A program made the position numbers and the translations under genes. Positions 27,621 through 36,589 of a DNA stretch of 64,000 nt are shown here, piece after piece (positions within the stretch are counted from its first letter, which is position 1; each line of letters begins with the position of its first letter). The stretch is from Candidatus Magasanikiibacteriota bacterium (GTDB lineage Bacteria; Patescibacteriota; Patescibacteriia; Magasanikbacterales; UBA922). The stretch lies in the NCBI GenBank assembly GCA_016193335.1, contig JACPSK010000001.1, positions 111,926 to 175,925 of the forward strand. The letters are read 5' to 3'. The notes beneath the pieces were generated by a model. The model ran no database searches, had not been told where the DNA came from, and worked only from the letters and a program-made list of their open reading frames with translations.

Positions 27621-29012
27621 ATGAAATTTCCTTACCGACTGAAACAGCTGATACTGCTCCTCGGAGACTTGTTCAGTTATTCTTTTGGATTCTGGCTCGG
27701 TCTGGCAATAAGAAATTTCTCCATCCCAAGCGCCGTGACGCTCGAGGCTCATGTGAATCTGGCACTGGGTCTTTTTGTTCTATGGATCCTCATAAATTAC
27801 ATAAACGGGCTCTACGACCTGGCCTCGACATACGAGGGGAAAGGATACAAACGCATAAGTGAGGCGGGGCTGAGCGCCTTGATAGTAAGCGTGGTGCTCC
27901 TCTACCTCTTGCCCCAAACTCGGCTCACTCCGAAAACGATTTTGGTTTTGGGTATCAGTTTTGGCTATCTTATCAGCACCTGTTGGCGTTTGGGCTTCAA
28001 CAGGCTTATTGGGAATAAAAAACTTTCCACCCGCATTTTATTTGTAGGTTACAGCGAGGATACTCAAGAGCTCATGGATATTATAGAAAGACATCCTGAG
28101 AAAGGATATGAAGTGGTGGCGATCTGTGATCCTGAAAATGGAACTCAGGCGCATAAACTCAAAACAAGAGCAGCCGTATACCGGAGTCTAAAAGCCTTGA
28201 GGCCTGCCATATCTACCCACAAAATACAGTTGATCGTGGCCGCGCCCAATCTTCGCGACACAGAAGAAACTCTGAGAGAACTCTATGAACTTTTGTTTTG
28301 GCCGGTGAGTATCATAGACTATTCAAAACTCTATGAAAATGTAACCGGACGCATATCCCCGGTCATCTTTTCTGAAAATTGGTTTTTGGCGAATCTAACC
28401 AACCATGAAAATCATATATACAACAAAAGCAGGCGGGTGGCCGATTACCTCGTTTCTTTCATCATTGGACTTTTGATGATTGTTCTGTTTCCTCTCATTG
28501 CGATGCTTATTAAACTGAATTCAAAGGGTCCTGTGTTCTTTAAACAAAAAAGAGTGGGGCAATTCGGCCGGATTTTTACCATGTATAAATTTAGGACCAT
28601 GTACGCTCTTGCTCCTGACGGCAGTGCCGAGGAATCCGGAGCTCAATTTGCCAAAAAAGGCGATAAAAGAATTACTGCCATAGGAAAAATACTCAGAAAG
28701 ATGAGGATTGACGAATTACCGCAATGCATCAATTTATTCCGAGGCGATCTTAGCCTCATCGGCCCCAGGCCCGAACGGCCTGAAATCGTGGAAAAACTGG
28801 AAGCAAAAATGCCCTATTACCCGCTCCGACATATTGTAAAACCGGGAATCACCGGCTGGGCCGCCATACACCAGCATTACACCGACACCATGGAGACCTC
28901 GCTCCAAAAACTTCAATACGATTTATTTTACATAAAAAACAGGTCCTTCCTTTTGGACCTGATCATACTGCTCAGAACCGTTAACGTGGTGATACGAATG
29001 ATGGGACAATAA
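27621..29012 (+). CDS. Undecaprenyl-phosphate hexose-1-phosphate transferase (WbaP/CpsE-type bacterial sugar transferase)
   Basis: 463 aa. Four N-terminal TMs, then the C-terminal Bac_transf domain KQKRVGQFGRIFTMYKFRTM...IDELPQCINLFRGDLSLIGPRPERPE. Confidence 0.85.
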   Translation: MKFPYRLKQLILLLGDLFSYSFGFWLGLAIRNFSIPSAVTLEAHVNLALGLFVLWILINYINGLYDLASTYEGKGYKRISEAGLSALIVSVVLLYLLPQTRLTPKTILVLGISFGYLISTCWRLGFNRLIGNKKLSTRILFVGYSEDTQELMDIIERHPEKGYEVVAICDPENGTQAHKLKTRAAVYRSLKALRPAISTHKIQLIVAAPNLRDTEETLRELYELLFWPVSIIDYSKLYENVTGRISPVIFSENWFLANLTNHENHIYNKSRRVADYLVSFIIGLLMIVLFPLIAMLIKLNSKGPVFFKQKRVGQFGRIFTMYKFRTMYALAPDGSAEESGAQFAKKGDKRITAIGKILRKMRIDELPQCINLFRGDLSLIGPRPERPEIVEKLEAKMPYYPLRHIVKPGITGWAAIHQHYTDTMETSLQKLQYDLFYIKNRSFLLDLIILLRTVNVVIRMMGQ

Positions 29013-29076
29013 AAATTTATAATTTATAATTGGCTGAGGTTCAATTTTTTTGTACAGGGATTTTTTGTTCGGATCA

Positions 29077-29997
29077 TCAAAGATCACTTAAACCCCATTC
29101 TTTCTTTAATTGGGCAATCCCCTCTGCAAGTGATATGGTAGGCTCCCAGCCAAGCAATCGCTTGGCTTTTGTATGGTCAGCTCTTGAATAACGCACATCC
29201 CCGAGCCGTTCGGGAATTTGCACGGTTTCTCCTCCAATCATCTCGGCAACCTGATTTACCGAGTATGGCTGGCCATTGCCGATATTAATAAGTTCCCCTT
29301 TCCCTACTTTATCGCTCAGCATGGCTTTGATGTTCGCTTCCACCACATCTTTGACCTGAGTATAATCACGATAGTACTCACCGTCTCCGCAAATGCTCAA
29401 GGCCTCGCCTCTTGATCTCTGCAACAAAAATTTACCTACCACCAAAGCGTAAGCGCCCTCAGGGTCCATATGCGGTCCGTAAACATTAAAATAACACAGG
29501 GAGACTGTTTCCAATCCGTACAGACTGGAAAATAAGCGGCAGTATTCAGTGCCCGTAAGTTTTTGCAAGGCATAAGGACTCTGCGGATCTTTTGGCATGT
29601 CTTCAGTTAAGGCGATCTCGCCCTTATTGCCTCCGTATATGGAAGAAGAGGTGCTAAAGACCACGCGAAGCGATCCGGCCTCACGAGCCGCGGTCAACAC
29701 ATTCAAAGTGCCATTTATATTGCTGTCATTCGTTTCCAAAGGATGCTCTACAGAATAAGGAACTCGGGGAACCGCCGCAAGATGAAAAACACCATCAGTT
29801 CCTGAAACCGCTTTTTTTACATCTTCCAAATTGCGAATATCCGCCTCTCGATATTCTGCTTTGTCATAAAAACGTTCTTGTTTTTTGCCTCCGCTGTAAT
29901 TGTCTATAACCCGAACATAGTGGCCATCGTTCAAGAGACGCTTTACAAGATTTGAGCCTATGAATCCGGCCCCGCCGCTTACCAGATAAAATGACAT
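29077..29997 (-). CDS. NAD-dependent epimerase/dehydratase (UDP-sugar 4-epimerase-like)
   Basis: MSFYLVSGGAGFIGSNLV, YALQK (YxxxK). Start taken at ATG 29997 three codons inside the TTG-initiated track ORF. Confidence 0.8.
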   Translation of the reverse strand: MSFYLVSGGAGFIGSNLVKRLLNDGHYVRVIDNYSGGKKQERFYDKAEYREADIRNLEDVKKAVSGTDGVFHLAAVPRVPYSVEHPLETNDSNINGTLNVLTAAREAGSLRVVFSTSSSIYGGNKGEIALTEDMPKDPQSPYALQKLTGTEYCRLFSSLYGLETVSLCYFNVYGPHMDPEGAYALVVGKFLLQRSRGEALSICGDGEYYRDYTQVKDVVEANIKAMLSDKVGKGELINIGNGQPYSVNQVAEMIGGETVQIPERLGDVRYSRADHTKAKRLLGWEPTISLAEGIAQLKKEWGLSDL

Positions 29998-30007
29998 ACT
30001 TTGCAAA

Positions 30008-30160
30008 TTTTTAATTTATGATTTTAATTTTTAAACAATTTTTAATGATACAATATAATCATGACCTTAGATGGTGCTGATCTCTGAAATGTGTGTGGGA
30101 CGCTTGGCAAATTGGAAATTAATAATTTCAAATTGTTTATAAATTAAAAACTAAAAATTT
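30008..30160 (+). repeat. MITE-like AT-rich intergenic repeat element, copy B
   Basis: tttttaaacaattt (30028-30041) / aaattgtttataaa (30130-30143) and tail ttaaaaactaaaaattt. Same length and ends as copy A, with a diverged core sharing attggaaatt and taatgat blocks. Confidence 0.6.
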
Positions 30161-30164
30161 TGTA

Positions 30165-31550
30165 TCAATGTTTTGCCTTGATAAATGGAGACCCCACAGC
30201 TACGATATCAAAGCCCGCCTCTTGCAATTCTTTATAGCGATGCTGGAGCATCCTGCGGCCATCCATGATAAGAGGTCTTTTCTCAAGACCAGAAACCACG
30301 TCTGCCAAGCCCCTGAATTGAGGCCAGTCTGTGGCAATAATAATGAGGTCCGCGTCTTTTATAGCTTCATACTCATGCTGTACATAAACCACCTGCTCTG
30401 AAGCCGGAAACTCTACACTAAACATAGGCAAAGCGGCCGGATCATATACTTGAACGGTTTTGATATTTCTTTCCAGCACAAAATTCATAATTTCTATGCT
30501 TGGAGAATTGCGTATATCATTGGTGTCCCTTTTGAAAGCCGCGCCAACCAAAGCAATAGTCTTATCTGCCCAATTGAACTGAGCCTCTCGTTCGGCTCTT
30601 CCCATAAAACGCTCAAGTTGGCGCTTATTGGCAAGATAAGTTTCATTGACCAACTCTGCGTTCGCTCCGGCCGTCTGCAGCTGATGCGCCAAGGATCGAG
30701 CATCTTTTATAAAACAACTCCCGCCCGCGTACAAACTGTCGTAAAATCCCCAGCTGCTGATTCGTTTGTCAGAGATCAAAATTTTTCGTATATGTTCAAA
30801 TTTGACGCCGTCAAAAGCTTCGCAGGTTCTGCCTATTACATCAAAACAGACGCTGAGCTTATTGAACAAATAAAAATTGGCGAGGAGCTTGCCCGCGGCC
30901 GCTTCTTTTGGGTTCACTTCGATATAACTCACATCCGGCGCGTCGTAAAAACGCTGATACAAAATCCGCATCGCCGCGAAATCTTTTTCATCCCAGGCTC
31001 CAACTACGATGCGGTCCGGTTTTAGAGAGCCGGCTATGGCTTTGCCTTCCACCAAAAATTCCGGGTTTGAAACAGTCCCATAATTTTTGACACCGGCTTC
31101 GTCCATTATTTTTTTTGTGTGATCAACCATTTCTACCGGCACAGTGCTTTTGTTTACCAATACCACATAGTGAGTTTGCGCTCCCCGGTTTCGTTTTGCC
31201 AAAGCTCCAGCCAACTGAAGAGCGGCTTTGTTGTAATAGGCCAAATCGCTTTCTCCGGTCTGATCTATTTCAGGAGTTGGAAGACACATAAATACTGCGT
31301 CACAATCATTGAGAAAAGACCCCACTTCGGCGTATGTTGAGGTAAAACGTATTCGGTCTTTATGACGGATCAACAGTTCTGCCAGTCCTTCTTCGAAAAG
31401 GCATTGTTCTATGAGTTCTCTGTCCCCTGAGCCGAGCTTGGAAATCTTCTGTTCGTCTATGTCAAAAACAAGGACATTGTGGCCGCTATCGGCAGACACA
31501 GCGGCTGAGCAAGAGCCCACAAAACCGGCGCCTATATAGAGGATGTTCAT
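30165..31550 (-). CDS. Nucleotide-sugar 6-dehydrogenase (UDP-glucose/UDP-GlcNAc 6-dehydrogenase, WbpA/Ugd family)
   Basis: MNILYIGAGFVGS N-terminal Rossmann fold; catalytic GGSCFIKDARSL (Cys nucleophile motif); 461 aa. Confidence 0.85.
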   Translation of the reverse strand: MNILYIGAGFVGSCSAAVSADSGHNVLVFDIDEQKISKLGSGDRELIEQCLFEEGLAELLIRHKDRIRFTSTYAEVGSFLNDCDAVFMCLPTPEIDQTGESDLAYYNKAALQLAGALAKRNRGAQTHYVVLVNKSTVPVEMVDHTKKIMDEAGVKNYGTVSNPEFLVEGKAIAGSLKPDRIVVGAWDEKDFAAMRILYQRFYDAPDVSYIEVNPKEAAAGKLLANFYLFNKLSVCFDVIGRTCEAFDGVKFEHIRKILISDKRISSWGFYDSLYAGGSCFIKDARSLAHQLQTAGANAELVNETYLANKRQLERFMGRAEREAQFNWADKTIALVGAAFKRDTNDIRNSPSIEIMNFVLERNIKTVQVYDPAALPMFSVEFPASEQVVYVQHEYEAIKDADLIIIATDWPQFRGLADVVSGLEKRPLIMDGRRMLQHRYKELQEAGFDIVAVGSPFIKAKH

Positions 31551-31646
31551 AATAAAATACCTTTTTAATTCATATCTACCTACTGTAGGGTACTACAAAC
31601 AAAAAATCAATTCAAGGCTTGAAAAGGGTAAAAACACAGAAATGAC

Positions 31647-31676
31647 ATTGACAAAATGACATTTTTTTGCTAAAAA
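31647..31676 (+). promoter_or_regulatory. Host-type sigma-70 promoter TTGACA-17-TAAAAA upstream of the high-GC ORF
   Basis: atTGACAaaatgacatttttttgcTAAAAAt with the direct repeat aatgacatt x2. SD GAGGAATGAGGAA lies 4 nt before ATG 31729. Confidence 0.45.
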
Positions 31677-31728
31677 TGGCTCTAACAGCCAAGAAAGGCT
31701 CAGACCAGAAAACGAGGAATGAGGAATC

Positions 31729-32637
31729 ATGAATCAAAGCGCTGAGTACGCCGCGGCCATGGCGCGGAGCTATCTTGTAACCGAAGGGCCGATCATCATC
31801 GGCCGCGGAGCATTGAAGAGCACTGTCATTTTGGAGAGAGGCTGGCAGCCGCATGGCATCACGATCCGTCGCACTTTGGCCGGAGAGGCCGATGTGCTCC
31901 TCATGGCTTCCTACTTCCACCCGTCGATCTTGCGTTTGCTGATCTCGCGAAGCGAGAACGGCGATTTGCTCCTGGATCCCGAGTGGATCCGCGGCGCCTA
32001 CTTTGGTGGCAAGCGGCTTCGGGTCTTTCCGGGCAAGCCCTCATTCTCAGACATGCCCCGGGCCCAGACCGCGGTGCATGTGGAGGGCGGCTTCCTCGCA
32101 AGCAGGAATGGCGAGCGGCTCTTTTGGCGCTTTCACAAGAATGCTGAAGGAAGCTGGGCGCTAGACACTGTTGTGGAGAAGGCCTTCCGGCTGCCTGGAA
32201 ACAGACGAACCGCGGTCTACTCGGCCCTGGCAACGCCCGGCTATTTCTATACAGTGGAAGCCAACAGGGCTCTCACCGAACGGTTCTGGCTGCTGCGATG
32301 CTACGAGCACCTCGAGGGTTCGAGGTTCCGCTGCGTTGCAGAACACCGGATTCCGGAGTTCGTATACGGCGTGGCTATGAGGCCAGGCGACAGTACCGGT
32401 CTCTGGCTGATTACCGACTACCGCTGCAGCGGCTGGACCCACGGCGTCTGGCGAGTGGAACTCGGCGTTCCGGGTTCTGAGCGCCTCATGGCCGACGGCT
32501 ATTGGGGCACTGGAATCGGATTCCTGAGCGACAAAACCTTGGTCCTGGCCCGCTACGGCGAATCGCACCCAGATCCGCTTGGCGGAATCCCGGGCGCCCT
32601 GGTCTTTGTGCCGGCAAACATGGTCGGCGAACCATAG
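31729..32637 (+). CDS. Hypothetical protein encoded on a ~62% GC island (probable horizontally acquired gene), function unknown
   Basis: 302 aa. Strongly GC3-biased codons (GCC GCG GCC ATG GCG CGG AGC...) against a ~43% GC background. The composition changes exactly at the ATG and decays ~190 nt after the stop. No recognisable catalytic motif; Trp/Arg-rich. Confidence 0.6.
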   Translation: MNQSAEYAAAMARSYLVTEGPIIIGRGALKSTVILERGWQPHGITIRRTLAGEADVLLMASYFHPSILRLLISRSENGDLLLDPEWIRGAYFGGKRLRVFPGKPSFSDMPRAQTAVHVEGGFLASRNGERLFWRFHKNAEGSWALDTVVEKAFRLPGNRRTAVYSALATPGYFYTVEANRALTERFWLLRCYEHLEGSRFRCVAEHRIPEFVYGVAMRPGDSTGLWLITDYRCSGWTHGVWRVELGVPGSERLMADGYWGTGIGFLSDKTLVLARYGESHPDPLGGIPGALVFVPANMVGEP

Positions 32638-32929
32638 AAATTCCTGTCCCGACTTGGTCGGGACAAACCCAGGTCTTAGTGACCTGCGGCACGACGGCCG
32701 AGGACCGTCGCTTCACCGCTACTTCGAAGACATTCGGGCTAGCGGCGAGGCAGTTAGGCTCTTTAACAAAGGAAGGCTGTGGTGGACAAGATCAAGCAGG
32801 TTCTTGGATTTGCTTTCATGGCGGCGGTCTCTAGCCTTGGTATGATAGTGGGTGGGGGCCGAATATTTTAGGTCTAGTATTTTGGGTTTCTGTATTACAA
32901 TCACATGAATGTTTAGACTGATAATCTGG

Positions 32930-34195
32930 TCATAAATGCCAATCTTTCAAAGTTTCCCTCTGCGAAAAAACTTTTCTCAAAGCCTCTATGAACAAGTCTA
33001 TATGTTCTTTTTTGACCGGGTATCGGCACATAGCGGTAAAAACCAAAGTTTCATAAAAACAACGCTCAGCGACCGGACAAAGACCTTTTACATAAGAATC
33101 TTTTTTTAGATAAGACCAATACCGATAGGTGGAGTTATCCTGGAAAAAATTAAGCAAATATACGGGCTTGGTGTAGCCTCCAGACAAAGCAAAACCTTCT
33201 GCTTTCATGGCCTGTATAAACAGATCCCGAGAAATACCTATCATTGAAGCATCATATAAAAAAGGATATACATAATATACATGCTTCGAATCCGACATTT
33301 CTTCGAAAGCTTTGATAAACGGAAATTGCCGCAAAGCCTGAGTAAGATAATGAACCAAATCTATTCTATGTTGGTTCAAAGCATCCATTTTTTTTAATTG
33401 CTCCCGAGCTATGGCGGCATGAAGCTCTGTCATCCGATAATTACTGCCGACAACAGGGATATCGTGCATATTGAGATCATCCACAACATTTTCTCCATGA
33501 TTCCTTTTCAGTCTAGCTCGAAACGCATAGTCCTCGTTATTGGTTACCAAGACTCCACCCTCGCCGCACTGAACAGTTTTGTGAACATTAAAACTGAAAA
33601 TTCCCATGTCTCCCATAGTGCCGGTGTAAGCGCCATGGTAGAGAGCGCCCGGAGCTTGGGCGTTGTCTTCTATTACTTTAAGATTATGTTCTCGAGCAAT
33701 AGATAAAATCTTTTGATAATCCGCCGGACCCCCAAAAAGATTTACCGCCATCACTGCTTTTGTTTTGGGGCTTATGGCTGCTCGGAGCAAATCTGGATCC
33801 ATGCAAAAATTATGTTCATCAATATCAACAAATACAGGCACGAGATTGTGCAGAATGATAGAAGTGACCGTGGCAGTCATGGTAAAAGGAGGCACGATAA
33901 CCTCTGAGCCAGGTTCCAATTCAAGAGCGGTCACGGCAGCCTCGAGCGCGGTGGTGGCCGAATTAAAGGAAACCGCGTAGGCGCTGCCAAATTTTTGTAT
34001 AAAGGATTCTTCAAGAGCTTTTACTTCTCTGCCGCCCAAAAAATAATCTCCCGCTCGCCCTACGAAATCAGAAAGTACGCCAGAGTCCATTACGCGAAGC
34101 ACAGCCTCCCGTTCATTCTGGTCGTAAGTATTGGCAGGAGGCAAAGACCCCTCAAACACTGGTTTTCCTCCGAGTAAAGCTAGTTTTTCTTCCAT
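32930..34195 (-). CDS. DegT/DnrJ/EryC1/StrS-family PLP-dependent sugar aminotransferase (WbpE-like)
   Basis: 421 aa. NVHKTVQCGEGG (PLP lysine context); full-length DegT architecture. Confidence 0.85.
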   Translation of the reverse strand: MEEKLALLGGKPVFEGSLPPANTYDQNEREAVLRVMDSGVLSDFVGRAGDYFLGGREVKALEESFIQKFGSAYAVSFNSATTALEAAVTALELEPGSEVIVPPFTMTATVTSIILHNLVPVFVDIDEHNFCMDPDLLRAAISPKTKAVMAVNLFGGPADYQKILSIAREHNLKVIEDNAQAPGALYHGAYTGTMGDMGIFSFNVHKTVQCGEGGVLVTNNEDYAFRARLKRNHGENVVDDLNMHDIPVVGSNYRMTELHAAIAREQLKKMDALNQHRIDLVHYLTQALRQFPFIKAFEEMSDSKHVYYVYPFLYDASMIGISRDLFIQAMKAEGFALSGGYTKPVYLLNFFQDNSTYRYWSYLKKDSYVKGLCPVAERCFYETLVFTAMCRYPVKKEHIDLFIEALRKVFSQRETLKDWHL

Positions 34196-35217
34196 AGACT
34201 GGCGTCTCCTATTCCGGAATTTAATATTATATTCTCATTTTCAAGAGGAAAAGTTACTCTATTGCCTTGTCCGGCTGAACTCCATAAGCCTGATATCATT
34301 TCCAAAGATGACAAAGCGCTTCGAACAGAAGATTTCGGTTCTATTCCTGTTTTTACGCATTTCAAAAGATCGTCAAGAGCATTACTCATATACGAGCGGG
34401 AAAAATCATCAGGTATAGGGCGTTCTTCTTTTCTTGAGACAAACGAAATGTTGAGATATTGGCTCTCTTCGGCTTTGAAATAGCGATAATCATACGCGCC
34501 AAAGGGTTTGTTGATAGTGTCAAGGCGGGCTTTTGTTCCAAATATATTGAACTCAAGCATCGGGTACTTCTTTCCATCCATGGGCACCAGATGAGCTATC
34601 ATGCCATTTTCATACTCAGCTTGCCCAAAAATTTCATTTTTTAAAGTCCGGGCAGATACTGCCTTGCAATCACCAAACCAGTAAGACAAGAGGTCGCAGA
34701 CATGTGATCCATTAGTAACTAAACCGCCGCTGTAATACACCGTAACAGCTTGGATTTCACCAAGCAGATCATTCATATGATCCTTCAGATATGTATAAAA
34801 CGGATCATATCTTCTTATAAAATTAACGAGCACCGGAATATGCTTTTTGGCAGAACGTCTTTCTATATCCCGCGCCTGGGCAAGAGACAGAGTAACGGGT
34901 TTCTCGCACCAGATGCCTTTTATAAAATCGCATGAAAGTACTTCGCACAGTATATCGTAATGGGTCTCATCAGGTGTGCAGATACTGACGATATCTGGAC
35001 TTTCTTTACGCAACAAGGCCATATACGAAGCGGCAATGGAAAAATTATGGTTTTTTTTGAGCTTGAGAAGAAGCTCCGGATCAGACTCAGAAATTCCCAC
35101 AAGTTCGAGTTCTGAATTTTGCATGTATGCTTCGAAATGGGTTGTCGGGAATCCAACTCCATAGTTCTGAAAGCCATAGCCTATATTACCAGCCCCGATA
35201 ATAAGTCCTTTGTACAT
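34180..35217 (-). CDS. Gfo/Idh/MocA-family NAD(P)-dependent oxidoreductase (WbpB-like)
   Basis: Start at MYKGLIIGAGNIGYG; Rossmann fold plus CEKP motif. Confidence 0.8.
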   Translation of the reverse strand: MYKGLIIGAGNIGYGFQNYGVGFPTTHFEAYMQNSELELVGISESDPELLLKLKKNHNFSIAASYMALLRKESPDIVSICTPDETHYDILCEVLSCDFIKGIWCEKPVTLSLAQARDIERRSAKKHIPVLVNFIRRYDPFYTYLKDHMNDLLGEIQAVTVYYSGGLVTNGSHVCDLLSYWFGDCKAVSARTLKNEIFGQAEYENGMIAHLVPMDGKKYPMLEFNIFGTKARLDTINKPFGAYDYRYFKAEESQYLNISFVSRKEERPIPDDFSRSYMSNALDDLLKCVKTGIEPKSSVRSALSSLEMISGLWSSAGQGNRVTFPLENENIILNSGIGDASLWKKN

Positions 35218-35230
35218 AAATATACTGTTT

Positions 35231-35953
35231 TCAATCAATGTAATGCTTGTATGTCTGTTTCTCCAACATATCTTTTACCTCTTTTACCAATTCATCAGGC
35301 ATGGTTTTGTAATAGTCGCCTCCCACATTTTTTATAATATGTCTTTTATAATCAGGTTCATTCAAAAGCTTCAGCCCCTTGATGAGTATCTCGGACTGAA
35401 ATTGATACGCTTTTCTGCGCACATCCCTGTACAGATCACCGCGTTTTATGGGCAGAGCGCCGGTACAGATGATATCGCCGGCGTCCACTTCTTCAGTGAT
35501 GAAATGGCAGGTGGATCCCACTCTGTCATTATGATACAAACTCCATTCTACGGCTGAACAGCCTTTGTAATCCGGAAGTATACTCGGATGTACGCCAATA
35601 GCCCCTATCTTGGGAGCTTGTATGGTTTTGTTTTTTATTATACCGGTTCCTCCCAAAATTGCTATGTCGATTTCATAACGATGAATCAAATCAACAGTGA
35701 ATTCGGAATTGTGATTTTTGGTATAATAAACCGGCACAGACAGGTCTCTTAATGATTCTCCCGCGCTCGTCCAGGTGAAAGTGTTATCCGTGCGTTCGGC
35801 TACGGTCTTCAAAGAAAGTTCTAAAATATCCGGTTGAGTGCTTAATAGGACAAAAGAAGGATAGAAAGAATGCTCAACCATGGCCTTAAGATAGGTGAGG
35901 CCAATCGGCGAGCCTTCCACCATGAGCAGACAAAATCGGAGAGTATCGGACAT
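35231..35953 (-). CDS. Formyltransferase-domain protein (sugar N-formyltransferase-like)
   Basis: AIGVHPSILPDYKGCSAVEWSLYHNDRVGSTCHFITEEVDAGDII: the HxSLLPxxRG-type motif plus catalytic Asp. Confidence 0.75.
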   Translation of the reverse strand: MSDTLRFCLLMVEGSPIGLTYLKAMVEHSFYPSFVLLSTQPDILELSLKTVAERTDNTFTWTSAGESLRDLSVPVYYTKNHNSEFTVDLIHRYEIDIAILGGTGIIKNKTIQAPKIGAIGVHPSILPDYKGCSAVEWSLYHNDRVGSTCHFITEEVDAGDIICTGALPIKRGDLYRDVRRKAYQFQSEILIKGLKLLNEPDYKRHIIKNVGGDYYKTMPDELVKEVKDMLEKQTYKHYID

Positions 35954-35974
35954 AATAAAAAACTTTTTAGAGTA

Positions 35975-36589
35975 TTATTCTGCTCCTTGTTTCTCGCGCC
36001 ATTCTGTTTCTAAAAGCGACCAGCATGCAAAGTCAAAAAAACCTTCTTCTATATGTATTGCTTCTCTTTTTTCCCCCTCTTGGGTCCACCCAAGCTTTGG
36101 CATAATCGCGTTGAAAGAGGGATTCGGAGATTCTGCCCAGATACGGTGCAGACCCAAATCATCAAAACAAACGGCAGTGGCCAAGTCTATAGCTTCACCC
36201 GCGTATCCTTTGCCCCACTCGGATTTATCTCCAATCATTATAGAACACTCAGCGCTTCTATTTTCTTCATCTATGGCATTGAGCGAAATATTGCCGATAT
36301 GTTTTTCGCTATCTTTCAGGATGATGGCCATATGAAGATCTTTGGTTTCCTCCGCATATCTCAGAAAATCCAAAAGATCCTGTTCTGATGAAGTCTTATT
36401 TCTGCGCCGCGTGTATCGTTGTACTTCTTTATCGTTCAACCATGAGAGATATTGGGGACTGAAAAAATCTTTTGAAAGTTTAAAAAGGCAAAGCCTTTTG
36501 CCCTCACGAATACATTTTCGAGAACTTTGATGTGAGGAGCAGCGCCCTGCTTGCTTTTCTTTTTTCTGTTGATCAAGAAATGTGTTCAT
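35975..36589 (-). CDS. GNAT-family N-acetyltransferase
   Basis: HIGNISLNAIDEENRSAECSIMIGDKSEWGKGYAGEAIDLATAVCFDDLGLHRIWAESPNPSFNAIMPKLGW: acetyl-CoA binding motifs A/B. Confidence 0.7.
   Translation of the reverse strand: MNTFLDQQKKEKQAGRCSSHQSSRKCIREGKRLCLFKLSKDFFSPQYLSWLNDKEVQRYTRRRNKTSSEQDLLDFLRYAEETKDLHMAIILKDSEKHIGNISLNAIDEENRSAECSIMIGDKSEWGKGYAGEAIDLATAVCFDDLGLHRIWAESPNPSFNAIMPKLGWTQEGEKREAIHIEEGFFDFACWSLLETEWREKQGAE

Noticed and set aside
31901-32568. Minus-strand ORFs (110 and 135 aa) inside the high-GC island
   Set aside because: Arg/Pro/Gly-rich reverse-frame artefacts expected in GC-rich DNA; they overlap the better-supported plus-strand ORF, which has an SD and ATG.
32638-32760. 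Integron attC-like site after the high-GC ORF (GTTAGGC core at ~32751)
   Set aside because: No complementary inverse core (GCCTAAC) or L'/L'' pairing upstream; the 9-bp hairpin is a simple perfect palindrome. No intI gene in the window.
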